A stretch of DNA of 54,051 nucleotides from positions 62,001 through 116,051 of the IMG/VR virus record IMGVR_UViG_3300020472_000011, one strand, 5' to 3'. The translations under genes were made by a program, and so were the position numbers. This DNA is from an uncultured virus (IMG/VR IMGVR_UViG_3300020472_000011). Lineage: Duplodnaviria > Heunggongvirae > Uroviricota > Caudoviricetes. The notes beneath the pieces are model-generated. The model did no database searches. It was not told the origin of the DNA and saw only the letters and a list, made by a program, of their open reading frames with translations. This document shows positions 11,429 through 18,626 of this stretch, in pieces. The number at the start of each line of letters is the position of its first letter. Position 1 is the first letter of the stretch.

Positions 11429-13233
11429 TACTCTTTAATCGCTGTAAATTTACTATTTGCTACATCTACGTCAAGATATACTTCTCTAAGTACAGTGACA
11501 TCGTTAGATGCAGGTTTTACACGCAGTTCAATACGATTATCTGAAAAACTTCCTTGAATGATTGTCAAATCATACAATACAATCTCACCATGATCATAAT
11601 TAACGTCACCCAAAGAGTCATTTAAGACAATTTTTTCGCCTGTTACTGAATCTAGTCTATATAGGACTATTTTGCCAGATCTATCCTCCAAATACGTGGT
11701 ATAGTTTGGGTATTCTAGTGTTATGAAACCTGTAGATGATACAACTGGTTCATCACATTCAATCTCAAATGCATTCTGATAACATATCTCGTAGAAGGAA
11801 GATGAATTCAACTGTGCATAGAAATCTTTCCTTAGTGTGATTGAGGTTAGGTTAGATTTGATTGCTCTATCTGATTCGTCAATGACACTAATGAATTTCG
11901 AATATCTGAACTTACCATTGAACTTTTCAGTCTGAGAAGTCTTCAAATATTCAAGTATCGCCTTAGCACCATTAGATGCTATTTGTTGCGGAAGTAATTC
12001 TGTTAGAGTACCATCGAAATTGATTTTCGAATCCATTTCAACATATAGAATAGATGGATCCACCAATACAGGTCTCACAGATCCTACAGAATACTTCTTC
12101 AGGTCATCCTGTATCTGTTTCTTTGTATAAGCAGATAGGAATGAAGCATCAGATGGTTTAATTGAGAGAAACACCTTACCAAAGTCAGGTGGAACCTGTT
12201 CTTCACCACCAAATACAATAATATCACTAATAGCAGGGTATACATTACGTGCAATAACCTCATAATCAGAACTAGTCACTGCTCTGTTCTGAGAAGAGAA
12301 GAATTTGGGAGCAAGATACTTGATTTTAGAGATACTCTCTATATCTTCACCACCATATGCTTTTTGTATTGTAGTTATGTTCTTTACACTATACGGAACA
12401 TTAATGTTAATAGTACCGTCTGTTAATACACCACCAAATGTAAATGCCTTAGCACCATTGACATCTTTGCCATGAGTGATCACATAAGACATTTCAATGA
12501 TATTACCATTCTCAAGTTTTTCACCTAAGATACCATCACCAAATATTACTTCATAGTTCTCATCTTCAATCTCATTCACAAAGTAAATTTTAGAATTACT
12601 ATCAATAGTTGGATCTAAAATATTATCTGCTTTCTTAAACTCAGTAGAAATACTAGTATTACTATTATCAAATATTCTAATAGTGAGTGTATTGATATCT
12701 ACATTAGAGTTTTCAATTAAAAATCTCTGACCCTTAACAGCACTATTATATGTTGTTATAGTATTAAGAAGAGTACCCTCTACTAATTCAACATCTTCAA
12801 ACACAGCAACGTTATTTGCTACCTCTGCTCTGTAGTCCTTTGTAGCAACAAACTGATAACTAGTCTCATCTAAATTTGTTAAAAATCCACTACCCTTTTT
12901 CAAAGTAACAGAATCAGGTGCATTATTAGGAATATTGACATTAAAACTAAGATTAGACTTTGCAGCAGTAATTGACTTTGGAGTATAACCTAACTGTTTC
13001 GCCAGAGACACCACATTGTCTCTCAGAGACGCAGAATCCAAGAACAGTTCATTCACTACCATATTGGTATTGAACGCTGTATAGTACGTATTATAGGCAA
13101 GTACGTCTAGTAGTTGACTTAGTGCAGATCCTTCAAAATCATAATCAGTAAAATCTGTCTCTGCCCTCATGTAATCTTTGAGTGCAGTTTTTATATCAAC
13201 AAAGTCTAAATTGTTTAACTGTGTGTATGGCAT
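11428..13233 (-). CDS. gp6: Baseplate wedge subunit gp6
   Basis: LDFVDIKTALKDYM...FTDYDFEGSALSQLLDVLAYNTYY, YEVIFGDG, QNRAVTSSDY. Confidence 0.95.
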   Translation of the reverse strand: MPYTQLNNLDFVDIKTALKDYMRAETDFTDYDFEGSALSQLLDVLAYNTYYTAFNTNMVVNELFLDSASLRDNVVSLAKQLGYTPKSITAAKSNLSFNVNIPNNAPDSVTLKKGSGFLTNLDETSYQFVATKDYRAEVANNVAVFEDVELVEGTLLNTITTYNSAVKGQRFLIENSNVDINTLTIRIFDNSNTSISTEFKKADNILDPTIDSNSKIYFVNEIEDENYEVIFGDGILGEKLENGNIIEMSYVITHGKDVNGAKAFTFGGVLTDGTININVPYSVKNITTIQKAYGGEDIESISKIKYLAPKFFSSQNRAVTSSDYEVIARNVYPAISDIIVFGGEEQVPPDFGKVFLSIKPSDASFLSAYTKKQIQDDLKKYSVGSVRPVLVDPSILYVEMDSKINFDGTLTELLPQQIASNGAKAILEYLKTSQTEKFNGKFRYSKFISVIDESDRAIKSNLTSITLRKDFYAQLNSSSFYEICYQNAFEIECDEPVVSSTGFITLEYPNYTTYLEDRSGKIVLYRLDSVTGEKIVLNDSLGDVNYDHGEIVLYDLTIIQGSFSDNRIELRVKPASNDVTVLREVYLDVDVANSKFTAIKE

Positions 13234-13628
13234 TATCTCGTTCTAGCTAGAAAGAAGTCTACTGTGACTGGTGGAATCGAAGTTCCAATAATTTTATAGG
13301 TTAATTCAACATCAAATCCATTTTCAGCATCATTAGGTATTGCTCTACAAGAACTAATCCTAATTCTTGGTTCGAATCTACCAAGACATTGCCTAATTGA
13401 TGTTGTTATCAGTCCTGCTGTAGCAAAATCTAGCGGTTCAAACAAAAAACGGCGAAGACTGCTACCCAAATCGGGTTGAAACAGTCTTTCGCCTCTGTCG
13501 GTTAATAATAATGTCGTTATAGACTGCTTAATCGCAGCACTATCCTTTGTAACTACTACATCGTCAGTTACAGGGTGCTTTTTAAAAGCTAAAGATAAAT
13601 CCTTGAAGGACTGCGTTAACTTCGCCAC
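13233..13628 (-). CDS. gp25: Baseplate wedge subunit gp25
   Basis: FKDLSLAFKKHPVT, AIKQSITTLLLTDRGERLFQPDLGS, FEPRI; directly upstream of gp6. Confidence 0.95.
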   Translation of the reverse strand: MAKLTQSFKDLSLAFKKHPVTDDVVVTKDSAAIKQSITTLLLTDRGERLFQPDLGSSLRRFLFEPLDFATAGLITTSIRQCLGRFEPRIRISSCRAIPNDAENGFDVELTYKIIGTSIPPVTVDFFLARTR

Positions 13629-13652
13629 ACAAGTAGAAAGAATATTCCTACT

Positions 13653-13659
13653 TATTTAG
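13653..13659 (-). promoter_or_regulatory. Late promoter (CTAAATA) for gp25-gp6-gp7
   Basis: tatttag on the plus strand, 25 nt upstream of the gp25 start. Confidence 0.6.
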
Positions 13660-13952
13660 ACGCTATAAAACGTATAATTCAAAAATAACTCTTCTCCCTT
13701 CTTAATAGCTCTAATAGTCCTCATATGATATATTTGCCCCCACTCCTCAGTTTCAAAGTCTTTAATGCAATTGGGTTCATATGAATGATTTACAAATCCA
13801 CCCAAAGGTGTCCTCATAATCGTATCATCCACTACTACGTGGGATATACCCAGATAAACATCATCTGGAATATCCTCCAATGCAAAAAGACCTTGACCTG
13901 CTATAGGACTATCTTTTATATGTAAGAATTTCGGTAATGCTTGATATGTCAT
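13656..13952 (-). CDS. Minimal SET-domain protein (putative lysine methyltransferase)
   Basis: All SET motifs in 98 aa: SPIAGQGLFA, FVNHSYEPNC, IKKGEELFLNY. Confidence 0.85.
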   Translation of the reverse strand: MTYQALPKFLHIKDSPIAGQGLFALEDIPDDVYLGISHVVVDDTIMRTPLGGFVNHSYEPNCIKDFETEEWGQIYHMRTIRAIKKGEELFLNYTFYSV

Positions 13953-13982
13953 AATGTATCACTCGGAGATTCGGCGTTCGGG

Positions 13983-14132
13983 TCAGAACTGTTTAGGATG
14001 AGTTACTACATCACCATGTATCTCACCAATGTCATCTATATGTGCATGATCGATCTTCTCGATATGCAAATGTTCTAAAGCATTAGCAATTCGTTCAAGA
14101 GAATTAGCAATGCGAGAAAAATCTTCACTCAT
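13983..14132 (-). CDS. Small His-rich hypothetical protein (49 aa)
   Basis: Read manually: MSEDFSRIANSLERIANALEHLHIEKIDHAHIDDIGEIHGDVVTHPKQF; TAATG coupling to the upstream ORF. Confidence 0.7.
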   Translation of the reverse strand: MSEDFSRIANSLERIANALEHLHIEKIDHAHIDDIGEIHGDVVTHPKQF

Positions 14133-14281
14133 TAAACTCTCCCCTGTCCTCTATAACGCTTCTTAGCCTTGTTTCTGCTAGTTGCAGAATACTTAGTATG
14201 CTGACCAGTCCCTTGACGAGTCTTTTTAGGATGTGCCTCAATCGTAACGAGACCACCACTTATATTTTTACGGATTGCCAT
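14132..14281 (-). CDS. Small basic hypothetical protein (49 aa, KKRYRGQG type)
   Basis: Read manually: MAIRKNISGGLVTIEAHPKKTRQGTGQHTKYSATSRNKAKKRYRGQGRV; this type of peptide is common near gp25 in T4-like marine phages. Confidence 0.75.
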   Translation of the reverse strand: MAIRKNISGGLVTIEAHPKKTRQGTGQHTKYSATSRNKAKKRYRGQGRV

Positions 14282-14320
14282 AAACTAAAATAAACTATCA
14301 TAATTATAACACAAGATTCT

Positions 14321-14626
14321 TCATCCTGCAATAACACTGGTATCGCCTGAATTGATACTGCCACCAGCACTGCATGATATACCATCACCAACTCTGGCAA
14401 GTGCTTTCCCATTCACCTGAACACTTGAGGATCCTTCTGTTACTTTCGTAGCATGAGGCAAACACTTATCACCTGCTGGTGCATTATGTGTAACGAGATT
14501 ACTACCTACGACAGCAACGTCCTTTCCATTAATCTGCACAGAAGAATCACCATCATTGATAGTGGTGGTTGCATCACACCCATGTCCAGTAGTTACTTCA
14601 CTTCCTTTAGTCGCTGCTGCTGGCAT
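14321..14626 (-). CDS. gp5.4: PAAR-repeat spike tip protein (gp5.4-like)
   Basis: MPAAATKG..GHGC, GSSSVQVNGKALARVGDGISC; His/Cys zinc ligands. Confidence 0.9.
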   Translation of the reverse strand: MPAAATKGSEVTTGHGCDATTTINDGDSSVQINGKDVAVVGSNLVTHNAPAGDKCLPHATKVTEGSSSVQVNGKALARVGDGISCSAGGSINSGDTSVIAG

Positions 14627-14736
14627 CGTTATCCTCCAATGCTATCTGTACACTATCGATAAACTTACCCATAGAAAGATGTAGAGTGTTTATCGATATA
14701 ATGTCATGAATCATCATGATCTCTCTATACTTTTCT

Positions 14737-14955
14737 TCATCCACCTGAATACTTTCCTAAAATATCAATCTTCTCATATATGTCATCAAGAGTCTTCGCT
14801 AACGTCAAGTAATCCTTCGAGTGCGGTGGCTTGTACATCAACTGTGGGTGTTCTAAATTCTTCACCCTCTCCTCCAAGCTGTTCAATCTCTTGTGCAGCG
14901 TCTGGAGTTGCTCGTTTGACCTGTTCGTTAGTGAGTGGTTGTCTACTGTCATCAT
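14737..14955 (-). CDS. Hypothetical coiled-coil protein overlapping the upstream ORF
   Basis: LQTLHKRLNSLEERVKNLEHPQLMYKPP heptads; start codon uncertain. Confidence 0.6.
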   Translation of the reverse strand: MMTVDNHSLTNRSNEQLQTLHKRLNSLEERVKNLEHPQLMYKPPHSKDYLTLAKTLDDIYEKIDILGKYSGG

Positions 14956-15058
14956 CTATTCCTGAAAATCGTTTGCTTGCTGCGTTTTCAAATTCATCAC
15001 AAAAGTTGTCGAAATCTGCTAACGCCTTTTCATAGTAGTTTAGTTGTTCTTTGGTCAT
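14786..15058 (-). CDS. Hypothetical acidic protein
   Basis: 90-aa ORF with ATGA coupling to the upstream gene; DFDNFCDEFE motif. Confidence 0.65.
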   Translation of the reverse strand: MTKEQLNYYEKALADFDNFCDEFENAASKRFSGIDDDSRQPLTNEQVKRATPDAAQEIEQLGGEGEEFRTPTVDVQATALEGLLDVSEDS

Positions 15059-15288
15059 AATCCCATTCCTTTGCCGAAACTTGACACTGGTTTACCTCCT
15101 GACATACCTGGCAAGTCTGCAAGGGGGTCGTTTACAGGATCCTGTTTGAACCTTGAGTCTAATTCGAATTGTTCGAATCGTTTCTCTAAAACACTCAAAC
15201 GGCGATCTAGTTGTCTTTCGACATCATTGATTCTATTTTGCAGTTGCATCATCTGCATTAGAATCTCACTTGTAGTAACTTCTGCCAT
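15055..15288 (-). CDS. Hypothetical coiled-coil protein
   Basis: 77-aa ORF packed in the operon. Confidence 0.7.
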   Translation of the reverse strand: MAEVTTSEILMQMMQLQNRINDVERQLDRRLSVLEKRFEQFELDSRFKQDPVNDPLADLPGMSGGKPVSSFGKGMGL

Positions 15289-15291
15289 TTT

Positions 15292-15477
15292 TTAAAGTAT
15301 GATTATAGTAAGTATAACACCCTCAGCGAAACTTAACCACTGTATTTGATAGTTTGACAACCCAGTCTTTTTCTGAAACCATCGGATGCTCTTTTTATGA
15401 AGCATTGCAGTTCCGATGCGTCTCTGGTTAAACCATCTCGCAACCTTCTCTGCTTTACTTAATTCTCTATATGCCAT
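15292..15477 (-). CDS. Small protein with C-terminal hydrophobic helix
   Basis: Likely start MAYRELSK at 15477; the longer track ORF runs through a low-complexity A/T tract and the late promoter. Confidence 0.65.
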   Translation of the reverse strand: MAYRELSKAEKVARWFNQRRIGTAMLHKKSIRWFQKKTGLSNYQIQWLSFAEGVILTIIIL

Positions 15478-15554
15478 GATAAACTTTTTGGGCGATTTTT
15501 TTGCTGGAAAATTTTTTCCAAAACTAAGGTTTTGAAATTTTAATTTTGTAATTA

Positions 15555-15562
15555 TATTTATC
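15555..15562 (-). promoter_or_regulatory. Late promoter (GATAAATA) at the head of the late block
   Basis: tatttatc on the plus strand, just downstream of the terminator that closes the early region. Confidence 0.55.
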
Positions 15563-15637
15563 ACGCTCTGGGAAACGTTTGTAGGTTACAAAGGTTCCAC
15601 GTTTTTCGCTCGGCGACCCCATCGGTCGGGGGATCAC

Positions 15638-15664
15638 AAAAAAACCCTGTCTTTCGGACAGGGT
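15638..15664 (-). terminator. Rho-independent terminator
   Basis: Minus strand ACCCTGTCC-GAAA-GACAGGGT followed by a T run, just after the stop at 15677. Confidence 0.85.
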
Positions 15665-15676
15665 GTGTTATAATTG

Positions 15677-15940
15677 TTACATCCAGCAACCGTTGAGACT
15701 GTCGCCCCAACCGTTCCTAAAATACTCCTCACGCTCACGGTCTCTGATTTGAGGGTCGCCTAAGTCATCCATGACATCTTGTAAAAAGTTGACTGGTGAA
15801 ACTTCGACTGTGTGAGGTGCGATACCTGCACTCGCTCTGTCATGTTCTTGTGTCATGCGAGCGAGGATTGATTTCATTGCTGCCTGTACAACAGGGTCAC
15901 GGCGAGCAGATTCGTTTGTGAGAAAGATGTTTTTGTTCAT
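15677..15940 (-). CDS. Early hypothetical protein, probably leaderless
   Basis: MNKNIFLTNESARRDP; the ATG lies 6 nt after TATAAT (15947-15952). Confidence 0.7.
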   Translation of the reverse strand: MNKNIFLTNESARRDPVVQAAMKSILARMTQEHDRASAGIAPHTVEVSPVNFLQDVMDDLGDPQIRDREREEYFRNGWGDSLNGCWM

Positions 15941-15946
15941 GCTCTT

Positions 15947-15998
15947 ATTATAGAGGATAGGGTGACGGTTGCCCATCACCCTGTTACAATCAGTAACA
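15947..15998 (-). promoter_or_regulatory. Early promoter cassette (GTTAC-type box, hairpin, TATAAT)
   Basis: attata 15947-15952; agggtga...tcaccct hairpin 15959-15982; tgttacaatcagtaaca 15982-15998. Confidence 0.7.
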
Positions 15999-16121
15999 CA
16001 ATTCACAACGTATGCCAGCACCTTGATAGAATGCAAGCATGTCCAACGCTTTCTCTTTACAAGAAAATGAAATTGTTCTTGCGTTGCGTTGGTCGTTGGG
16101 TGTCCAGTAGCGAATGCTCAT
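15990..16121 (-). CDS. Small hypothetical protein (43 aa)
   Basis: Read manually: MSIRYWTPNDQRNARTISFSCKEKALDMLAFYQGAGIRCELCY; TAATG coupled. Confidence 0.6.
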   Translation of the reverse strand: MSIRYWTPNDQRNARTISFSCKEKALDMLAFYQGAGIRCELCY

Positions 16122-16426
16122 TAGTTAAAAACTGCGTTGGTTTGCACTTGTGAGATTAGCACACTGTCTTGCCTGAACTGTTTCTTATACGCTGCTGCGA
16201 TACAGTTCAAACTAAGCATGTGTGTGTCAACCTCTGAATCGGCACACTCAAGATAAAATATCTTGGTTTGCTCTAGTTCACCCTTCCAGAGACCTTCGCC
16301 GTCTATGAATGTGCCATACTCAAAGTGTGGCATAATCTCACGGCGAATAAACTCATCCATCATGAAATCGGTAACTGTGCCATTGTTGGGAATGTCACGA
16401 CCCATGATTAGTTCGAGTCTTTTCAA
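16121..16426 (-). CDS. DUF3574-like protein, candidate phage SAM lyase
   Basis: LIMGRDIPNNGTV...F..EIMPHF.YGT..DG.GLWKG..EQTKI...IAAAYKKQFRQDSVL pattern. Confidence 0.6.
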   Translation of the reverse strand: MKRLELIMGRDIPNNGTVTDFMMDEFIRREIMPHFEYGTFIDGEGLWKGELEQTKIFYLECADSEVDTHMLSLNCIAAAYKKQFRQDSVLISQVQTNAVFN

Positions 16427-16452
16427 AATGCCTCTGTGTTGTGTACTCTCTT

Positions 16453-16509
16453 ATTATAGAGGGAAAAAGACCCCTGTGAAGGGGTCGTGTACCAGTTTGT
16501 CAACTGGTC
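16453..16509 (-). promoter_or_regulatory. Early promoter cassette (palindrome, terminator hairpin, TATAAT)
   Basis: attata 16453-16458; gacccctgtgaaggggtc 16469-16486 with an adjacent A run; accagtt-tgtc-aactggt 16491-16509. Confidence 0.8.
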
Positions 16510-16688
16510 TATGCGAACAATGGACGCATGTAATCTTTGAATTCTTCGCACATAGCAACAGCGAGTATGCGTAATTGCTTTTCATCACTGTTGTTGCCGT
16601 CTGCTCTCAATTCGTCATAACATGCTTGCCTTATTCCTAAGTCTGTGATGTCGTACTCATGAAGTTTGACGTGCTTGAAAAAACTCAT
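16509..16688 (-). CDS. Small hypothetical protein (59 aa)
   Basis: Read manually: MSFFKHVKLHEYDITDLGIRQACYDELRADG...MRPLFA. Confidence 0.65.
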   Translation of the reverse strand: MSFFKHVKLHEYDITDLGIRQACYDELRADGNNSDEKQLRILAVAMCEEFKDYMRPLFA

Positions 16689-16900
16689 AGATTCTCCTTA
16701 ATAGTGTGTGCTTTTTGTGTTACTAACTCAGAGACAATATCAAAGAGTTCGTAATAGTTAACCCCTTCCCAGTCTGTCCAATCACAGACATAATCAAAAG
16801 AGTTATAGTCAACTGTGTTGTCTATGTTGGTTGGGGCAGACTTAAGTTGATTGTCTTTACCAAACCAAAAAGTGCGTCCAAAGAATTCAGATTGTACCAT
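16685..16900 (-). CDS. Hypothetical protein
   Basis: MVQSEFFGRTFWFGKDNQLKSAPT; ATG just after the upstream stop codon. Confidence 0.7.
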   Translation of the reverse strand: MVQSEFFGRTFWFGKDNQLKSAPTNIDNTVDYNSFDYVCDWTDWEGVNYYELFDIVSELVTQKAHTIKENL

Positions 16901-16902
16901 GT

Positions 16903-17070
16903 TTAGTTGTACTCCCAAAATGCTGGTTCACAAACCTTATCAGTCAAGGTGTTGTAATCCTCGTTGTTAACATTCTCTGGAAGACCCATATCGTTGAAGT
17001 ATCTTATTATCTCAACCAATGCAGTCTCCTCTGCTTCGGTGATACTTAAGGTGCGAATCGTTTCAGACAT
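16903..17070 (-). CDS. Small acidic hypothetical protein (55 aa)
   Basis: Read manually: MSETIRTLSITEAEETALVEIIRYFNDMGLPEN...PAFWEYN. Confidence 0.65.
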   Translation of the reverse strand: MSETIRTLSITEAEETALVEIIRYFNDMGLPENVNNEDYNTLTDKVCEPAFWEYN

Positions 17071-17092
17071 GTAATAGAAAAAATGTGTGATA

Positions 17093-17244
17093 GAGAGGAC
17101 TTACAACTTCAAAACTCAAGCAACTAAGTTGACAGTTTCAAACTGTGAGTACAAGAGGTCTCCAAACATAAAGAGCAGTTTTCCACAGCGTGACCCGAAG
17201 ATCATCTGATTGTTGCTCACCCCTGCCTTGCGTTTGCCTCTCAT
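17093..17244 (-). ncRNA. Candidate structured leader RNA (~150 nt)
   Basis: Begins 6-7 nt after TATAAT; closing GAGAGG/CCTCTC stem, GAGCA/TGCTC stem, TGATC-TTCG-GGTCA hairpin, further hairpins. Confidence 0.45.
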
Positions 17245-17250
17245 ATTATT

Positions 17251-17306
17251 ATTATAGCAATTGGGTTGGACTTATCTACATGAGTTGTGCCACTTTGTGA
17301 ACTGGT
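17251..17306 (-). promoter_or_regulatory. Early promoter cassette
   Basis: attata 17251-17256; gtgccactttgtgaactggt 17287-17306 at the same spacing as other copies. Confidence 0.75.
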
Positions 17307-17432
17307 TCAATCCATGTAAGAAATCTCAATCATTGCACAATCATTTGTATGTGCCTCTATAATAGGGGCATCCTCTTCGGGGTGCTCATCATAGTAAGCA
17401 AGTTCATTTTTTAAATACTCTTCCCAGTCCAT
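17307..17432 (-). CDS. Small acidic hypothetical protein (41 aa)
   Basis: Read manually: MDWEEYLKNELAYYDEHPEEDAPIIEAHTNDCAMIEISYMD, with GGAG upstream. Confidence 0.5.
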   Translation of the reverse strand: MDWEEYLKNELAYYDEHPEEDAPIIEAHTNDCAMIEISYMD

Positions 17433-17582
17433 GATCAGTCTCCGTAGGATGTTCTATATTATAACATGAATCAACATGCTCCCACGCTTTCTTAGCAAAA
17501 AGAAACAAAAACAAGGTCATGTACTCTTCATTGCAATAAGACGCAATGTAACGTGCCATAGTATTAAAGGGGTAAGGTTAAT

Positions 17583-17608
17583 AAAAAGAGGGGTCGTGAT
17601 GACCCCTT
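17583..17608 (-). terminator. Rho-independent terminator
   Basis: Minus strand AGGGGTC-ATCAC-GACCCCT-CTTTTT after the stop at 17618. Confidence 0.8.
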
Positions 17609-17617
17609 ATAATGATA

Positions 17618-17938
17618 TCATCTTTGGATGACGTATCCATCAAAGAATAGGTCAGTTTGAGAATTGTCACCGATGTACCAGGTGAAATCTCTCTGAAATA
17701 TTCTGAGACCGTACCCAAAGAAATTCTCTAGCAACGCATTCAGTCTTGACTTAGTGGTGACAGTCTCCCAACCTGCACTAGACAGTTGAAGATCGCCATT
17801 GTCATGTACTGTTGCGATGTGATTGTTATGCAAGTAAACCTCAGACCTGTTACCCATGCGATCAACCCGTGTATTTGAATTGGACCAGGTGATGCGGTTG
17901 TTAACTGCTGAGTTCATTTGCTGTTCAATCTTACGCAT
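17618..17938 (-). CDS. Conserved phage early hypothetical protein
   Basis: MRKIEQQMN...VYLHNNHIA...GWETVTTKSRLNALL...IFQRDFTWY. Confidence 0.85.
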   Translation of the reverse strand: MRKIEQQMNSAVNNRITWSNSNTRVDRMGNRSEVYLHNNHIATVHDNGDLQLSSAGWETVTTKSRLNALLENFFGYGLRIFQRDFTWYIGDNSQTDLFFDGYVIQR

Positions 17939-17964
17939 AAGTCCTTTGTGTGTTGTACTCTTCT

Positions 17965-18024
17965 ATTATACACATAAAAAAAGACCCCTGTGAAGGGGTC
18001 GGGTGACAGTTTGTTTACTGGCAC
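17965..18024 (-). promoter_or_regulatory. Early promoter cassette with terminator hairpin
   Basis: attata 17965-17970; hairpin gacccctgtgaaggggtc 17983-18000 identical to 16469-16486; gacagtttgtttactggc. Confidence 0.8.
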
Positions 18025-18161
18025 ATGCTTTCGAATCTCATTTGGACTGCTCTTTCGATGTCCTCGTTGTTCATCATTGCAATGTCACCTGTGTCGGTGA
18101 TCTCTGCCATTACGTCTTCGTAGCATGACTCTAGTAATGACTCGTGATGAAGTGTTGACAT
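18015..18161 (-). CDS. Small hypothetical protein (48 aa)
   Basis: MSTLHHESLLESCYE...RFESMCQ; start placed downstream of its promoter. Confidence 0.7.
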   Translation of the reverse strand: MSTLHHESLLESCYEDVMAEITDTGDIAMMNNEDIERAVQMRFESMCQ

Positions 18162-18186
18162 AAACCTGATTTGTGTGTACTCCTTA

Positions 18187-18267
18187 ATTATACACATTAA
18201 AAAACCCCGTTAGGGGTTTTGTAACAGATTCGTAACAATTTAGTGGTCAGTTTGTGAACTGTCTCAC
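18187..18267 (-). promoter_or_regulatory. Early promoter cassette with two boxes and a hairpin
   Basis: attata 18187-18192; aaaacccc-gtta-ggggtttt; gtaacagattcgtaaca; cagtt-tgtg-aactg from 18248. Confidence 0.75.
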
Positions 18268-18516
18268 CCACTTGTTGAGTTTGGTTAGGTCAGATGTTAG
18301 CATAGTGATCTCATAAGAATGAATTGACCAACGTGCTTTGATGTCTGACCAGTAGCGATTAGGACTGATTAACTTAGCAGCACTTGGTCTGCGTGGTGTC
18401 GTTGTCTTAACTGCTTTGGGTGTTGCTGTTTTCTTAGCAACTGGTTTTACAGTAACCTTGCGTGTGCGTCTCTTACGAGGTGCAGTTGCTGGTTTGGTTG
18501 CTGTAGCGACTGTCAT
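18247..18516 (-). CDS. Basic Lys/Thr/Pro-rich hypothetical protein (possibly nucleic-acid binding)
   Basis: APRKRRTRKVTVKPVAKKTATPKAVK N-terminus. Confidence 0.75.
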   Translation of the reverse strand: MTVATATKPATAPRKRRTRKVTVKPVAKKTATPKAVKTTTPRRPSAAKLISPNRYWSDIKARWSIHSYEITMLTSDLTKLNKWVRQFTN

Positions 18517-18540
18517 TAATTAAATGCGTGTGACTCGTTC

Positions 18541-18619
18541 ATTATAAAATGAAAAAAGCACCTCGAAAGGTGCTTTGTAATGAATTGAAACAATTTGGGG
18601 ACAGTTTGTGAACTGTCAT
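18541..18619 (-). promoter_or_regulatory. Early promoter cassette with two boxes and a hairpin
   Basis: attata 18541-18546; aaagcacct-cgaa-aggtgcttt; gtaatgaattgaaaca; gacagtt-tgtg-aactgtc. Confidence 0.75.
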
Positions 18620-18626
18620 ACTCTAA

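Noticed and set aside
13953..13985. Short GC-rich spacer (ctcggagattcggcgttcggg) before the SET gene
   Set aside because: Too short, with no convincing stem or T tract to support a call.
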